Source: an uncultured Clostridia bacterium
GTDB lineage: Bacteria > Bacillota > Clostridia > Christensenellales > CAG-138
Assembly: GCA_944366945.1 (NCBI GenBank)
Contig: CALVWJ010000002.1
Span: 43,912 to 107,911 of the forward strand
Length of the DNA stretch: 64,000 nt
Direction: 5' to 3'
Each line of letters begins with the position of its first letter. Within the stretch, counting starts at the first letter, position 1. This document shows positions 29,363 through 39,916 of the stretch, piece after piece. The position numbers were made by a program, and so were the translations under genes. The notes under the pieces are model-generated. The model saw nothing but the letters and a program-made list of their open reading frames with translations. It searched no databases and was not told where the DNA came from.

Positions 29363-29767
29363 ATGAACAAACCGCTTATCGTATCCGTTGTACTTCTCAT
29401 GCTCTTAAGCCTGTGTTCCTGCGCGTCCGGGAATGTCACCATTGATTATGGCGAATCAAAGCTTTATTCCAATGACGATATGGATGCTGCAATCCAGGTG
29501 ATCCGAGAAACCTTCGATACCTTCGATGGTTGCAAGCTTTATTCCCTTTCCTATGCAGGAGATGAAACCTGCGAAGAAAGCTTGCCATACTGCCAATCTC
29601 TCAGCGAAGAGCAAGAAATTACCCAGTGTATTGTTTTTGGTTCCTCGTTCCGCTCTCCTAGAAATGGCGGAGGCGCATGGGCAGCAAACGCAGAATATAC
29701 CTGGACGTGGTATCTTGCAAAAGGCGCGGCCGGCGATTGGGTTTTGCTCACCTATGGTTACGCATAA
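29363..29767 (+). CDS. small secreted lipoprotein, unknown function
   Basis: MNKPLIVSVVLLMLLSLCSCAS carries a lipobox. GGAGGAA precedes the ATG at 29363. The longer track ORF starting at 29027 is over-extended. Confidence 0.75.
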   Translation: MNKPLIVSVVLLMLLSLCSCASGNVTIDYGESKLYSNDDMDAAIQVIRETFDTFDGCKLYSLSYAGDETCEESLPYCQSLSEEQEITQCIVFGSSFRSPRNGGGAWAANAEYTWTWYLAKGAAGDWVLLTYGYA

Positions 29768-29770
29768 TGC

Positions 29771-29795
29771 GGGCGCATGTGCGCCCCTTTTTTAA
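29771..29795 (+). terminator. intrinsic terminator
   Basis: The stem is GGGCGC/GCGCCC, followed by CTTTTTT. Confidence 0.75.
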
Positions 29796-30046
29796 TTTTC
29801 TGCGCAAGCTGCGCGCAGCAAAAGCAATCGTACCCTTTTGCGGTCAAATCGTAAAAGCGCGCGGCTGATTTCTGACGCCGAATCAACCTGCTTAAGTTCT
29901 GCCTTTTTGTGCCTTCCGGTTTTCCCGACTGATGCTTCCGTTGAACAGGCAAGCAATGCAAATCGCTTTCAATTTGCATTGCGTTTGGCATATCGATTCG
30001 CTCATCCCGAAAGCATGGAAATCCTCTTTTGAACTGAATAATAAAG

Positions 30047-30071
30047 CTCCTTGCATCGCAAGGAGTTTTTT
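30047..30071. terminator. bidirectional-looking hairpin between an ORF-less stretch and the GAF gene
   Basis: The stem is CTCCTTGC/GCAAGGAG. It is followed by TTTTTT on the plus strand and CTTTATTATT on the minus strand. Confidence 0.6.
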
Positions 30072-30165
30072 AGATGCCCCGCCCCATAACAAGGTGGCGT
30101 GGCCACCCAGATGAAGCGATTCAAGGCAAGCACTTTCGAGTTGCTCGCTGTTGCTTTAATGGATA

Positions 30166-30633
30166 TCACATGCAAGCGCCATTTCCCCATACCGCCCGCT
30201 CAATCTCTTTTGCTATGGCGGAAAGCCCCGCCTCGTCCGCTTCGCTGAAACGGCCATACACCGGGCTATCGATGTCTAGCACCGCCACCGGCGCGCCCTG
30301 CGCGTCATGCAGCGGGATCACTAGCTCCGATCTGGAAGCGGGATCGCATGCAATATGTCCCGGGAAGCTATGCACATCCCCAACACGGAACGTTTGATCC
30401 GCTGCAAATGCAGCGCCGCAGACGCCCTGTCCTGCCCCGATGCGCACGCAAGCCGGCGCCCCCTGGAACGGGCCAAGCCACAGTGCACCATCCTTTGCAA
30501 GGTAAAAGCCCACCCAATTGATGTTGGGCAGCGCCGCATTAAGCAGCGAGCTCGCATTGGCAAGGCAAGCCACCTGGTCTTCTACGCCCGCGAGCAGCGC
30601 GCGCATCTGCTGAATCAGCAGTTCATATTCCAT
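30166..30633 (-). CDS. GAF-domain protein (free methionine-R-sulfoxide reductase/YtsP-like)
   Basis: The 155-aa product has WVGFYL...GPFQG.PACVRI..G.GVCG.A....T..V.DV..FPGHIACD, the typical family pattern. Confidence 0.85.
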   Translation of the reverse strand: MEYELLIQQMRALLAGVEDQVACLANASSLLNAALPNINWVGFYLAKDGALWLGPFQGAPACVRIGAGQGVCGAAFAADQTFRVGDVHSFPGHIACDPASRSELVIPLHDAQGAPVAVLDIDSPVYGRFSEADEAGLSAIAKEIERAVWGNGACM

Positions 30634-30650
30634 CCCTGTGCACCCTCCTT

Positions 30651-32105
30651 TTAGACGATTGCATACAGCCTGCGTTTTTCCTCTGCAAGCTTGTCGATCT
30701 TTGCGCTATAAGTAGCGATGTCTTTGGGATTTGGCACCCGTTCCACGCGGCGCTCCGCATCGTAAATGCATTTGGTCATGGCTCCCGCGCCATGGGCCAT
30801 AATGGAGGTGGTATCCTCCATCATATCGATGTTATAAATGCATTCCTGCCCAGGCAAAGCATAGCCCACATTTTCGAGGTTCCCCCGCATATATTTCTGC
30901 CGGTACATATAATAGGGCCGCATGCCAAGCGCCCGCGCGGTTTCAGCACCGCGCGCCACCATGGCTTCCGCCGTTTGCGCGTCTGGCAAAGGATACTCTT
31001 TGAGCCGTTCCACCAAGCGGGAGGAGCGCTTCAAAGCAAGCGTATGCACGGTCAAATTGTCCGGCGCAAGCGCTGCCACCGCATCGAGCGTGCGGCGCAT
31101 ATCCGCCTCTGTTTCGCCTGGGAGCCCCGCAATTACATCCATGTTGATGGAGCTAAACCCTGCATCCCGCGCCATGTAAAACGCGGTTCGTATTGCTTCC
31201 GGCGTATGGCTTCTGCCGATAAGCTCCAACGTGGATTCATTCATGCTTTGAGGATTAATAGAGATGCGCCCAACACCCGCTGCGCGCAGCACGCCCAATT
31301 TTTCCGCCGTGATCGTATCCGGCCGCCCAGCCTCTACGGTCAGCTCCCTGCCGAAACCGCCATAGGCGGAAAGGGCATCCGCGAGAAGGCGCTTGAGTTC
31401 TTCCGCTGTAAGCACCGTAGGCGTACCGCCGCCGAGATACATGCTGCGCACTTTGCGCCCGGTTTCCTGCACAATGCGTGCGCCAAGCGCAATGTCACGC
31501 CCAAGCGCGGCAAGATATGCGCCCATATCCGTATCCTTCGTGCGCACCGCAGAAGCAAAGGAGCAGTAAAGGCAGCGGGATGCGCAATATGGGATGCCGA
31601 TATAAATATCTACGTCCTCCCGCGTCTGCGATTCCAGGATAGGTGCCTGTACGCGGACGATCTCCGCCGCAAGCGCAAGCTTTTCCGAAGACACATCGAA
31701 TGCCTCGCGCATCATGCGCATGGCTTCCGCCTCCCCTTCTTGAGCGATAAGCTCCCTAAGAAGGCGCGTGGGCCGAATGCCCGTTAACGAGCCCCAGGGC
31801 AGCTCCATGCCGGTTGCAGCCTGCATTGCGCGGAATGCAGCGATTTTTACGGCACGTTTGCGGCATCGCTTTTCTACCAGCGCATTGCCCGTCACGGCAG
31901 GGTGGGTATAGGTAGCAGCTGCTTCCTTCCCATCCAGGCGCACGCGCGCGCAAACCACCCAAAGTCCTCCCTGTTCTTCCAAAACAACAGAAACCTGCGC
32001 CGTCTCCGCTTCGGCAGGCTGGATCTCCTCCATGGCGCGGAACAGGCGCAGTTCATCTGCAAGATCCGCAAAAAATGCGGGCTGATTTGTATAAAGCGTT
32101 ACCAT
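30651..32105 (-). CDS. hemZ: radical-SAM coproporphyrinogen-dehydrogenase-like protein (HemZ/HemN family)
   Basis: It carries the CASRCLYC (CxxxCxxC) cluster and a HemN-like body. The ATG at 32103-32105 lies within a TTG-extended track ORF. Confidence 0.8.
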   Translation of the reverse strand: MVTLYTNQPAFFADLADELRLFRAMEEIQPAEAETAQVSVVLEEQGGLWVVCARVRLDGKEAAATYTHPAVTGNALVEKRCRKRAVKIAAFRAMQAATGMELPWGSLTGIRPTRLLRELIAQEGEAEAMRMMREAFDVSSEKLALAAEIVRVQAPILESQTREDVDIYIGIPYCASRCLYCSFASAVRTKDTDMGAYLAALGRDIALGARIVQETGRKVRSMYLGGGTPTVLTAEELKRLLADALSAYGGFGRELTVEAGRPDTITAEKLGVLRAAGVGRISINPQSMNESTLELIGRSHTPEAIRTAFYMARDAGFSSINMDVIAGLPGETEADMRRTLDAVAALAPDNLTVHTLALKRSSRLVERLKEYPLPDAQTAEAMVARGAETARALGMRPYYMYRQKYMRGNLENVGYALPGQECIYNIDMMEDTTSIMAHGAGAMTKCIYDAERRVERVPNPKDIATYSAKIDKLAEEKRRLYAIV

Positions 32106-32743
32106 AGGCCTGCGCTCCAATCGCGCATAATGGGATTATGTTGGCGTTCAAAGGCAAGCGTTGTTTTGCGCATATGCCCGGGGTAAACATCATAATCCCC
32201 GGCAAGCGGGAAAAGCGTATACGCAATGGATTCATAAAGTTCCCGTTCGCTGCCGCCCTTAAGGTCGCTGCGGCCAACGCTTAAACGGAACAGCGTATCC
32301 CCCGAAAACAGGATGCGCTCCGCTTCCAGCAGATAGCATACAGAGCCTTTGGAATGCCCCGGCGTATGCAGCACTTTTATCGAAAAGCCCGCCGCCTCAA
32401 AGGTTTCGCCGCCCTGCCACAGCACATCCGCATGGCACGGCGGAACCTCCATGCCGGCAAGGACGGAAAGGCTTGCGCGCCCATCATAAAGCGCGTCCGC
32501 TTCCTCCGCATGGATGCAGACCTTTGCGCCAAACTCCTTTTGCAGCTGCGCAACACCGAGGATGTGATCGAAGTGGCCATGGGTCAAAAGAATGTGCGTG
32601 GGTTTTACGCCAAGGTCTTTCATCGTATCCCGCACAAGCTCTGCATCTGATGGATCCACAAGGAAACACTCCCCCGGCCGCATGCCGGACATGATGTAGG
32701 TGTTGACCTCAAGCGGGCCCGTCAAGAGGGTAATCGGTTGCAT
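32099..32743 (-). CDS. MBL-fold metallo-hydrolase
   Basis: The THGHFDH motif is present. The product is 214 aa. Confidence 0.9.
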   Translation of the reverse strand: MQPITLLTGPLEVNTYIMSGMRPGECFLVDPSDAELVRDTMKDLGVKPTHILLTHGHFDHILGVAQLQKEFGAKVCIHAEEADALYDGRASLSVLAGMEVPPCHADVLWQGGETFEAAGFSIKVLHTPGHSKGSVCYLLEAERILFSGDTLFRLSVGRSDLKGGSERELYESIAYTLFPLAGDYDVYPGHMRKTTLAFERQHNPIMRDWSAGLW

Positions 32744-32745
32744 GG

Positions 32746-33192
32746 TTAAAACATCCTTTCGCTGTCAAGCAGGATAGTCACCGGCCCATCATTCACCAGG
32801 GAAACCTGCATGTTTGCGCCAAACTCCCCCGTTTCTACAGGAAGCGCCGCGCGCAGTTGCTCGATCATTGCTTCATACAGGGGGATCGCCTTTTCGGGCC
32901 GCGCCGCACGAATATAGCTGGGCCTGCGGCCTTTGCGCGCGTCGCCATAGAGTGTAAATTGCGAAACGAGCAGGATTGCGCCACCTACATCCAGGATGGA
33001 ACGGTTCATTTTGCCATCCGCATCCTCAAACACGCGCAGCCCCAAAAGCTTCTCGCAGATATAGGAAAGGTCTTTTTCGGTATCGTTTTCCTCAATGCCA
33101 ATAAGCACGAGGTACCCCTTGCCGATTTTCCCCTTTAGATCGCCCGCCACGGCCACGGATGCTTCCTTTACGAGCTGCACGACTGCGCGCAT
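32746..33192 (-). CDS. dtd: D-aminoacyl-tRNA deacylase
   Basis: The 148-aa product contains SQFTLYGD, and the gene sits next to relA. Confidence 0.93.
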   Translation of the reverse strand: MRAVVQLVKEASVAVAGDLKGKIGKGYLVLIGIEENDTEKDLSYICEKLLGLRVFEDADGKMNRSILDVGGAILLVSQFTLYGDARKGRRPSYIRAARPEKAIPLYEAMIEQLRAALPVETGEFGANMQVSLVNDGPVTILLDSERMF

Positions 33193-33226
33193 GCCTCAAT
33201 TCTCCTTTGCTACAAAATAAGAATCC

Positions 33227-35392
33227 TTATACGTTGATGCGATAGACCTCGTTGACAAGCCGCACATGTTTGACCTGCTTGATGATGGAATCCAATTGAT
33301 CCGCACCACTTACATCAAACGAAAGCTGCACATGCACGATGTCGCCCGTAGTTTTCGCATTCATGGATTTGATGCTGATGTTCAAGTTCATTAAAATCTG
33401 CGAAATCTCCATCAAAAGCCCCGGGCGCTCGCCCGCTACCACTTGGATGCTGGCAGAATAGGTGGTCTTTTCGCTCTTGGTCCACTCCACCTCGATAATG
33501 CGCTCCGGCTCCACCATAAGGTCCGCCATGTTGGGGCAGTCCGCGCGGTGGATCGAAACCCCGCGGCCGCGCGTGATATAGCCGATGATAGGATCGCCGG
33601 GAAGCGGGCTGCAGCAATGCGCAAAGCGCACCACCATGTTCGGTTCCCCTTTTACGATTACACCGCGGCCCTGCTGGCCGCTCGGCTGTGGGCGCTGGCC
33701 TTCCTTCTGCTCCAGCCATTCGGCCGCCTGCTGCGCTTTTGCTTCCTTGCGGTATTGTTCAATGAGCTTGTGGAGCACCTGCCCTGTGGTGATGCCGCCA
33801 TACCCGATGGCCGCATAGACATCATCCAGATCGGACATGTTAAAGCGCTTTAAGATATCGTCAAAATATTCCGCCTTCGCAAGATCTGAAAGCTGCCGAC
33901 CCTGCCGCCGCGCTGCCTCGGAAAGCATCTCCTTTCCGCGTTGAATATTCTCTTCGCGGTTCGCCTTCTTAAACCATTGGCGGATCTTCGCCTTTGCCTG
34001 CTGCGTTTTAACAATTTTCAGCCAGTCACGGCTCGGTGTTGCATTCGGCGCAGTAATGATCTCCACCACGTCATTGTTCTTTAGCTTATAGTCAAGGCGC
34101 ACAATCGTGCCGTTGACCTTTGCATGCTGCGCATGGTTCCCCACGTTGGAATGGATGCGGTAGGCAAAATCAAGCGGTGTAGCACCCGTTACAAGGTCGA
34201 TGATCTGGCCGCGCGGGGTAAGCACATAGACGTAATCGCTGAAGAAATCCTTCCGAATGTTCTCCACAAATTCGCGCGTGTTATCCGCATAGTTTTCAAG
34301 CTCAAGCGCCTCCCGCAGCCAGGCGAGCTTGCTATCGAGCTCATCGCGGTTGGCGCGGCCTTCTTTATACATCCAGTGCGCAGCGATGCCGTATTCCGCT
34401 GTGCGGTGCATCTCAAAGGTGCGGATCTGCACCTCAAACGGCATGCCCGTTTCTGAAAACAGCGTTGTGTGCAGCGAACGGTACATATTCGTTTTCGGCA
34501 TGGCGATGTAATCCTTAAAGCGCCCCGGTACGGGTTTCCAGATTGCATGGATCACGCCCAGTGCCGCATAGCAGTCGTTGATGGTGTTTACGATCACGCG
34601 CACAGCGATCAAATCGTAAATATCCTGCACCACACGGTTCTGCCGCTGGATCTTTTTATAAATGCTGTAAAGGTGCTTCGGCCGCCCGTTGACCTGCGCT
34701 TCGATGCCAACGGCAGCTAAATGCGTTTTTATGGTGGAAATTGCAGACTCAAGCGTTTGCATGCGTTCGCGCTGCTGGGGCTCAATCTGCCTTTTTAAGT
34801 TTTGAAATTCCTCTGGCCAAAGATATTGGAAGCAGCGATCCTCCAGCTCACACTTGATCGCGCCCATGCCGAAGCGGTGCGCGAGCGGCGCATAAACATC
34901 AAGCGTTTCGCGCGCTTTATGAATCTGCTTCTCCTCGGTGCAATATTCCAGCGTCCTTAGGTTGTGCAGGCGGTCCGTAAGCTTGATGATCACCACGCGC
35001 ACATCCTTTGCAATTGCAAGGAACAGTTTGCGAAGGTTTTCGGCCTGCGCTTCTTCCTTGCTCAAAATTTCGCTTTTTCCGGTTTTGGTGAGCTTTGTAA
35101 CGCCATCTACCATGCAGGCGATATCATCGCCAAAATGCGTACGCACGGTATCAAGCGAAACCTCGGGACAATCCTCCACTACATCGTGCAAAAGCCCGGC
35201 GATGACCGTATGGCTGTCCATTCCCATATCGAACAGCATCTGCGCCACCGCTTCCGGATGCGTATAATAGGGCTCTCCGGATTCGCGCTTTTGATCTTTA
35301 TGCGCCTCCTTAGCAAAGGCGATCGCGTGATCCAAAAGCTCCATTTCCTCCGGCGCAAACCGCTGCGCACAGGCTTCACGCAAATCAGCCAT
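33227..35392 (-). CDS. relA: bifunctional (p)ppGpp synthetase/hydrolase
   Basis: It has the HD domain (HDVVED), a RelA/SpoT synthetase domain, and TGS and ACT regions. The ATG at 35390-35392 follows GGAGGAG. Confidence 0.95.
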   Translation of the reverse strand: MADLREACAQRFAPEEMELLDHAIAFAKEAHKDQKRESGEPYYTHPEAVAQMLFDMGMDSHTVIAGLLHDVVEDCPEVSLDTVRTHFGDDIACMVDGVTKLTKTGKSEILSKEEAQAENLRKLFLAIAKDVRVVIIKLTDRLHNLRTLEYCTEEKQIHKARETLDVYAPLAHRFGMGAIKCELEDRCFQYLWPEEFQNLKRQIEPQQRERMQTLESAISTIKTHLAAVGIEAQVNGRPKHLYSIYKKIQRQNRVVQDIYDLIAVRVIVNTINDCYAALGVIHAIWKPVPGRFKDYIAMPKTNMYRSLHTTLFSETGMPFEVQIRTFEMHRTAEYGIAAHWMYKEGRANRDELDSKLAWLREALELENYADNTREFVENIRKDFFSDYVYVLTPRGQIIDLVTGATPLDFAYRIHSNVGNHAQHAKVNGTIVRLDYKLKNNDVVEIITAPNATPSRDWLKIVKTQQAKAKIRQWFKKANREENIQRGKEMLSEAARRQGRQLSDLAKAEYFDDILKRFNMSDLDDVYAAIGYGGITTGQVLHKLIEQYRKEAKAQQAAEWLEQKEGQRPQPSGQQGRGVIVKGEPNMVVRFAHCCSPLPGDPIIGYITRGRGVSIHRADCPNMADLMVEPERIIEVEWTKSEKTTYSASIQVVAGERPGLLMEISQILMNLNISIKSMNAKTTGDIVHVQLSFDVSGADQLDSIIKQVKHVRLVNEVYRINV

Positions 35393-35430
35393 TCGCTCTC
35401 CTCCTTCCAAAACCGTTTTTGTAACTCCAA

Positions 35431-35943
35431 TTAGTATTTTATGACGGCATCTACATCATAGCCCGCAAGCGTTTCACGCCCGGGAAGATCCGTAAGCTCC
35501 ATCGCAAAGCGGATCGCTTCTACGGAGCCGCCCGCCTGCTCCACCAGCTTTGCCGTTGCAAGCGCGGTGCCGCCCGTTGCAAGCAGGTCATCCACGATTG
35601 CGATGCGCATGCCCGGCCGAATCGCCTCTGCATCGATTTCAAGCGCATCCGTGCCATATTCGAGGGCATATTCATAGCGCAGCGTTTCGCACGGAAGTTT
35701 TCCCGGCTTGCGCGCAAGCACAAAGCCTGCACCAAGCGCATAAGCAAGCGCCGAGCCCAGCACGAAGCCGCGCGCTTCAGGGCCGACAACAAGGTCGATC
35801 TTGCGGTCTTTGAGCTCCGTAACGAACGTGTCAATTAAGCACTGGAGCGCCTCCGGATTCTTTACAAGGGTTGTAATATCCCGAAACAGAATGCCCTTTT
35901 TCGGGAAATCCGGGACGGAACGGATGGTGTCTTTCAAATTCAT
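35431..35943 (-). CDS. apt: adenine phosphoribosyltransferase
   Basis: The 170-aa product has the PRPP motif IVDDLLATGGT. Confidence 0.95.
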   Translation of the reverse strand: MNLKDTIRSVPDFPKKGILFRDITTLVKNPEALQCLIDTFVTELKDRKIDLVVGPEARGFVLGSALAYALGAGFVLARKPGKLPCETLRYEYALEYGTDALEIDAEAIRPGMRIAIVDDLLATGGTALATAKLVEQAGGSVEAIRFAMELTDLPGRETLAGYDVDAVIKY

Positions 35944-38462
35944 GGTTGCTCCTCCTCATGATGATGCTGATGCGTTTGCGCGTCCGCTTCGTTGCAGCGC
36001 GTTTTTTGGATTGCATATTCATGCATCTGTGCAACAGATGCAAGGATTGTAAACGTTGCGCTTTGGGAAAGCTCCTGCCGCCCCTCCGGCGGAACAAACC
36101 GCAGCGACGAACCCTCTCCCCCAGACAAAAAGCCAAGTTCCAGCGCAATATCAGCCGCAAGCGCGCGTGTATGGCGCGGTGCGCGCGTTTCCCGCGCAAA
36201 GTAATCCAGCAGGGCTTCCCGGTTATAAAAGCCGTTTTGCGCCCGGCGTAACGCTTGATAAAACGGAACAAACGCCGCACGTTCGAGCTGCAATGCAGAA
36301 AGCAGTTCCTCCGCATCGCCCGGCACGGACTTTCCAACCGCGAGCTGTGCATCCGGCGCAAGCGCAGAGATGGCATCCAGCAAGCCAAGCGTCAGCGGCG
36401 TATCATATACGAGCACCTTGCGGAACCGCCGGATGGTGAGCGCATCCAGTTCCGGCGCAAGCACCGCCGCATGGTATGCGCAAGGTTGGGGAGCATTCCT
36501 GCCAAAGCCGATCTCCATGCCTGCATAAAGCCCAGCCTGTTCCGCAAAGCGCAAAAAGCGCTGCGCACCCGCAGGCGTTATGCACATTACGAGCAGTCCA
36601 CCGATGCTGCTACGCACCTGCGCAAGCAGGAAATCGTCCGCATCCACCACGGAATACGGCACAGCAGCATGCATTTTATTATAGCGAATATTCGCGCAGA
36701 TTGCATCTATAAATTTCTCTTTGCGCGCGGCAAGATACTTGGCAATATCGGGCGGAGGATCTGGCCGCATCGCACGAAGTTCCACTTGAAGCGATTGCCT
36801 CCCATTGTATTCGTTGATCGTCGGCACATAGAGGAGGCCGCAGCGCCCATAATCGTTGATTTGCGCAAACCGGTCGCCCCCATAAAACCACACGCCCTGG
36901 GCGTATTGATTTCCCTGCTCCAGCGTCAAGCGCAGGTGCTTTCCTTCATCGCCGATCCGCTGCAACCGTTTCACGAGCGCATTCTCCGTGAGAAACACCG
37001 GCATAGGGTTCCCCTCCCCAAAGGGTGCAAGCATGGAAAGCTCCCCTGCGAGCTGCATGGTAAGCTCGGAAAACGGCACTTCTGCTTCATAGCGCTCCAC
37101 GGGCAAAAAAGCATCTTCCGGCGCAATGCCTCGCACGCTCTCATCAAACGCCCGAGAAAACGCTTCAAAGTTCTCCACCGCAAGCGTCATGCCCGCTGCA
37201 TGCGCATGCCCGCCAAACCGAATAAACAGATTCTCATTTTCCTTGAGCGCTGCATGCAGGTCTACGCCCTCAATGGAGCGCGCAGATCCCGTAAGAATGC
37301 CATCCCGTTCACAAAGGAGCACCACCGGGCGGTAATATCGCTCTGCAAGTTTGGAAGCTGCAATTCCTACTACACCCGGGTTCCAATCCGCACTTTTTAA
37401 AACGATGCCCCGCTTCTCGGTGAGGTCATCCATCTCGATGGCAGCACTCGCGGCTTCAAAGATAGCGCTTTCCTCGCGTTGGCGGGCTGCATTGAGCTCG
37501 TTTAAGCGCAGAGCAAGCGCTCGCGCACGCCCTGCATCGGTCTCCGTTAAAAGGGCGACGCCCAGCGACGCATCCGCCATGCGCCCCGCAGCATTAAGCC
37601 GCGGCGCGATTGCAAACGCAAAATCCCGTGCGGTCAACGCACGTTTTCTCTCAAAGGCAGCCTCTACAAGCGCGCTAAGCCCAAGCGGGCATTCGCCACG
37701 GTTGACCGCAGCAAGCGCAAGCGCCGCAAATACCCGGTTTTCGCCCGTAAGCGGCACCACATCTGCAACCGTCGCAAGCCCCGCAAGCGCAACATAAGGA
37801 AGCGCTGCAACGCGGCCCCCGAGCGCTTCAACCAGCTTGAACGCAGTACCTGCGCCGCAGATATGGCGGTTTGGGTACGCACAGCCGGGGACCGTATGGC
37901 AAAGGATCGCTTCGCATTCGGGCAGGGCGTCGCCTGGCAGGTGATGATCCGTTACGATGGCATCCATGCCAAGTTCCCGGCATCTTGCAAGCTCCGCGTT
38001 TGCTTTGACGCCATTGTCCACGGTGAGGATCAATTTGACACCCTCCTCCGCCAGCCGCTCTACTGCGCCCAGATTCATGCCATATCCCTCTGCATGCCGC
38101 GAAGGGATATGATAGGAAACCTCTGCGCCACACGAACGCAGATACAGCAGAAGAATGCTTGTTGCGCAGACGCCGTCCACATCATAATCGCCATAGATGC
38201 AGATCCGCTCCCGCTCCTGGATGGCGCGCGCGATGCGGGCAACCGCTTTCCCCATATCCTGAAAGGCAAACGGATCGCAAAGCATATCGGCGCTTGGATG
38301 CAAAAAGGCTTCCGCCTCTGCAGCACCTGCAACCCCACGCGCGATTAGGAGCCGCGCAATGCGCGGCGCAATGCCGAGGGCGCGCGCAAGTTGCGCTGCC
38401 TTTTCCCTTTGCTGGGGTACTTCACTTGGATCGCTTTGCGAAAGCGGAAGAAAGCGCAGCAT
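35940..38462 (-). CDS. recJ: single-stranded-DNA-specific exonuclease RecJ
   Basis: DHH motifs are present (IYGDYDVDG, TVDNG, VTDHH, GGHAHAAG). The start was taken as MLRFLPLSQ, 2 nt after the scfB stop. Confidence 0.93.
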   Translation of the reverse strand: MLRFLPLSQSDPSEVPQQREKAAQLARALGIAPRIARLLIARGVAGAAEAEAFLHPSADMLCDPFAFQDMGKAVARIARAIQERERICIYGDYDVDGVCATSILLLYLRSCGAEVSYHIPSRHAEGYGMNLGAVERLAEEGVKLILTVDNGVKANAELARCRELGMDAIVTDHHLPGDALPECEAILCHTVPGCAYPNRHICGAGTAFKLVEALGGRVAALPYVALAGLATVADVVPLTGENRVFAALALAAVNRGECPLGLSALVEAAFERKRALTARDFAFAIAPRLNAAGRMADASLGVALLTETDAGRARALALRLNELNAARQREESAIFEAASAAIEMDDLTEKRGIVLKSADWNPGVVGIAASKLAERYYRPVVLLCERDGILTGSARSIEGVDLHAALKENENLFIRFGGHAHAAGMTLAVENFEAFSRAFDESVRGIAPEDAFLPVERYEAEVPFSELTMQLAGELSMLAPFGEGNPMPVFLTENALVKRLQRIGDEGKHLRLTLEQGNQYAQGVWFYGGDRFAQINDYGRCGLLYVPTINEYNGRQSLQVELRAMRPDPPPDIAKYLAARKEKFIDAICANIRYNKMHAAVPYSVVDADDFLLAQVRSSIGGLLVMCITPAGAQRFLRFAEQAGLYAGMEIGFGRNAPQPCAYHAAVLAPELDALTIRRFRKVLVYDTPLTLGLLDAISALAPDAQLAVGKSVPGDAEELLSALQLERAAFVPFYQALRRAQNGFYNREALLDYFARETRAPRHTRALAADIALELGFLSGGEGSSLRFVPPEGRQELSQSATFTILASVAQMHEYAIQKTRCNEADAQTHQHHHEEEQP

Positions 38463-38464
38463 GC

Positions 38465-39793
38465 TCAGCCTTCCCGTTCTGCGGCAAAAATGCCGATGGC
38501 GCACTCCGTGCGCTTCTTTTCGAACGTGCAGGTAATCTCATAGGGTTTGCGAATGTCGCCATTGTATTTCCAAGCGTTCGCCGCACATCCGCCACTGCAA
38601 AAATACTTTGCCCAGCAGGCATGGCACTCGGGCTTTGTGAGAATGTTGCAGGAAAGGAACTCCTGTTGCATCCCGGCATTAAACTCACCCGTTTGGACGT
38701 TTCCCATCTTCCATTGGGCTTCCCCAACGAATTGATGGCAGGGGAAAATATCCCCATCGGGCGCTACCGCCACATATTCCGCCCCTGCTCCGCAGCCGGA
38801 AACGCGCTTTTTCAAGCATGGGCCGCCGGAAAGGTCTACCATAAAATGGAAGAAATTAAACCAGCGCCCCGCCTTGCGTTCGGAAAGCAGAAAGCCTGCG
38901 AGCTTATCGTATTCCGCAAGCACCTGCTGCACATGCTCCGGCCGAATCGCATAGGGGCTCTCCTCCGGCAAGACAACAGGTTCAAGGGAAATCTGCTCAA
39001 ATCCCATTTCCCGCAGTGCTTTTACATCGTTTAGGAAGTCAAGGTTGCGGTTGGTAAATGTGCCCCGCACGTAATGTTCCTTTTCGCCCCTGCGGCGCAC
39101 GAGCTCCTGCGCTTTGGGCGCGATGATATCAAAGGAGCCCTTCCCGTTTGCAGTTGGGCGCAGCGCGTCATGGATTTCACGCCGGCCATCCAGGCTCAAG
39201 ACGACATTGTGCATTTCGCGGTTGATAAAATCGATTTTTTCCTCATCCAGCGCAACGCAATTGGTGGTGATAGTAAAGTGAATACACTTATCGTGCTTCT
39301 TTTCGAGCGCACGGCCATAGGCCACCGTTTTTTTCACCACATCCCAATTTAGGAGCGGTTCGCCACCAAAAAGATCCACCTCAAGGTTATGGCGCTTACC
39401 GGAATGCGCAATAAGGAAATCAAGCGCCGCATATGCCGTTTCTTCCGGCATGAGCATGCGCGCACCATGGAACTCGCCTGTATCCGCAAAACAGTATTTG
39501 CAGCGCAGGTTACAATCATGGGCCATGTGCATGCACATGGATTTCACAACCTGCCCCGCCGCACCTTCTGGCGGCGTAAGCTCCTCTGCTTCAAATGCAC
39601 CCGCCTCATGCAGCGCATTCAGCTCGGCCACAATCTCTTGTACCGCATCGGCCGGATAAGGCAAGTTCTCCAGTGGGCGGCCTTCTTCCATAGCCCGCAC
39701 TACGTCGTATGCCTGCTTGTCCATGCTATGCACGGCGCCGCTCTCTACATCAAGCGCCAGATAATATTGCTGAAATTGAAATGCGTGAATCAA
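38465..39793 (-). CDS. scfB: radical-SAM/SPASM thioether-forming SCIFF peptide maturase
   Basis: It has CNLRCKYC (CxxxCxxC) and C-terminal SPASM cysteines (CGAGAEY...CHQF...C..C....C.GGC). A TTG start at 39793 sits 5 nt after GGAGGA. It lies directly downstream of a SCIFF precursor. Confidence 0.92.
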   Translation of the reverse strand: MIHAFQFQQYYLALDVESGAVHSMDKQAYDVVRAMEEGRPLENLPYPADAVQEIVAELNALHEAGAFEAEELTPPEGAAGQVVKSMCMHMAHDCNLRCKYCFADTGEFHGARMLMPEETAYAALDFLIAHSGKRHNLEVDLFGGEPLLNWDVVKKTVAYGRALEKKHDKCIHFTITTNCVALDEEKIDFINREMHNVVLSLDGRREIHDALRPTANGKGSFDIIAPKAQELVRRRGEKEHYVRGTFTNRNLDFLNDVKALREMGFEQISLEPVVLPEESPYAIRPEHVQQVLAEYDKLAGFLLSERKAGRWFNFFHFMVDLSGGPCLKKRVSGCGAGAEYVAVAPDGDIFPCHQFVGEAQWKMGNVQTGEFNAGMQQEFLSCNILTKPECHACWAKYFCSGGCAANAWKYNGDIRKPYEITCTFEKKRTECAIGIFAAEREG

Positions 39794-39803
39794 GTTTTCC
39801 TCC

Positions 39804-39841
39804 TAAACAACACAAAGAGGCCGTCCGAACCGCGGAAGGCC
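39804..39841 (-). terminator. hairpin plus U-rich tract between scfA and scfB (candidate partial terminator/attenuator)
   Basis: The minus strand reads GGCCTTCCG-CGGTT-CGGACGGCC (8 bp with one mismatch), followed by TCTTTGTGTTGTTT. Confidence 0.5.
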
Positions 39842-39916
39842 AGGCAGGCTCTCCTGCCCATAGCCATTCCGTTTCCGGGCAACCTCACATGCTTACAGCC
39901 AAACAAAAGGAACGCC

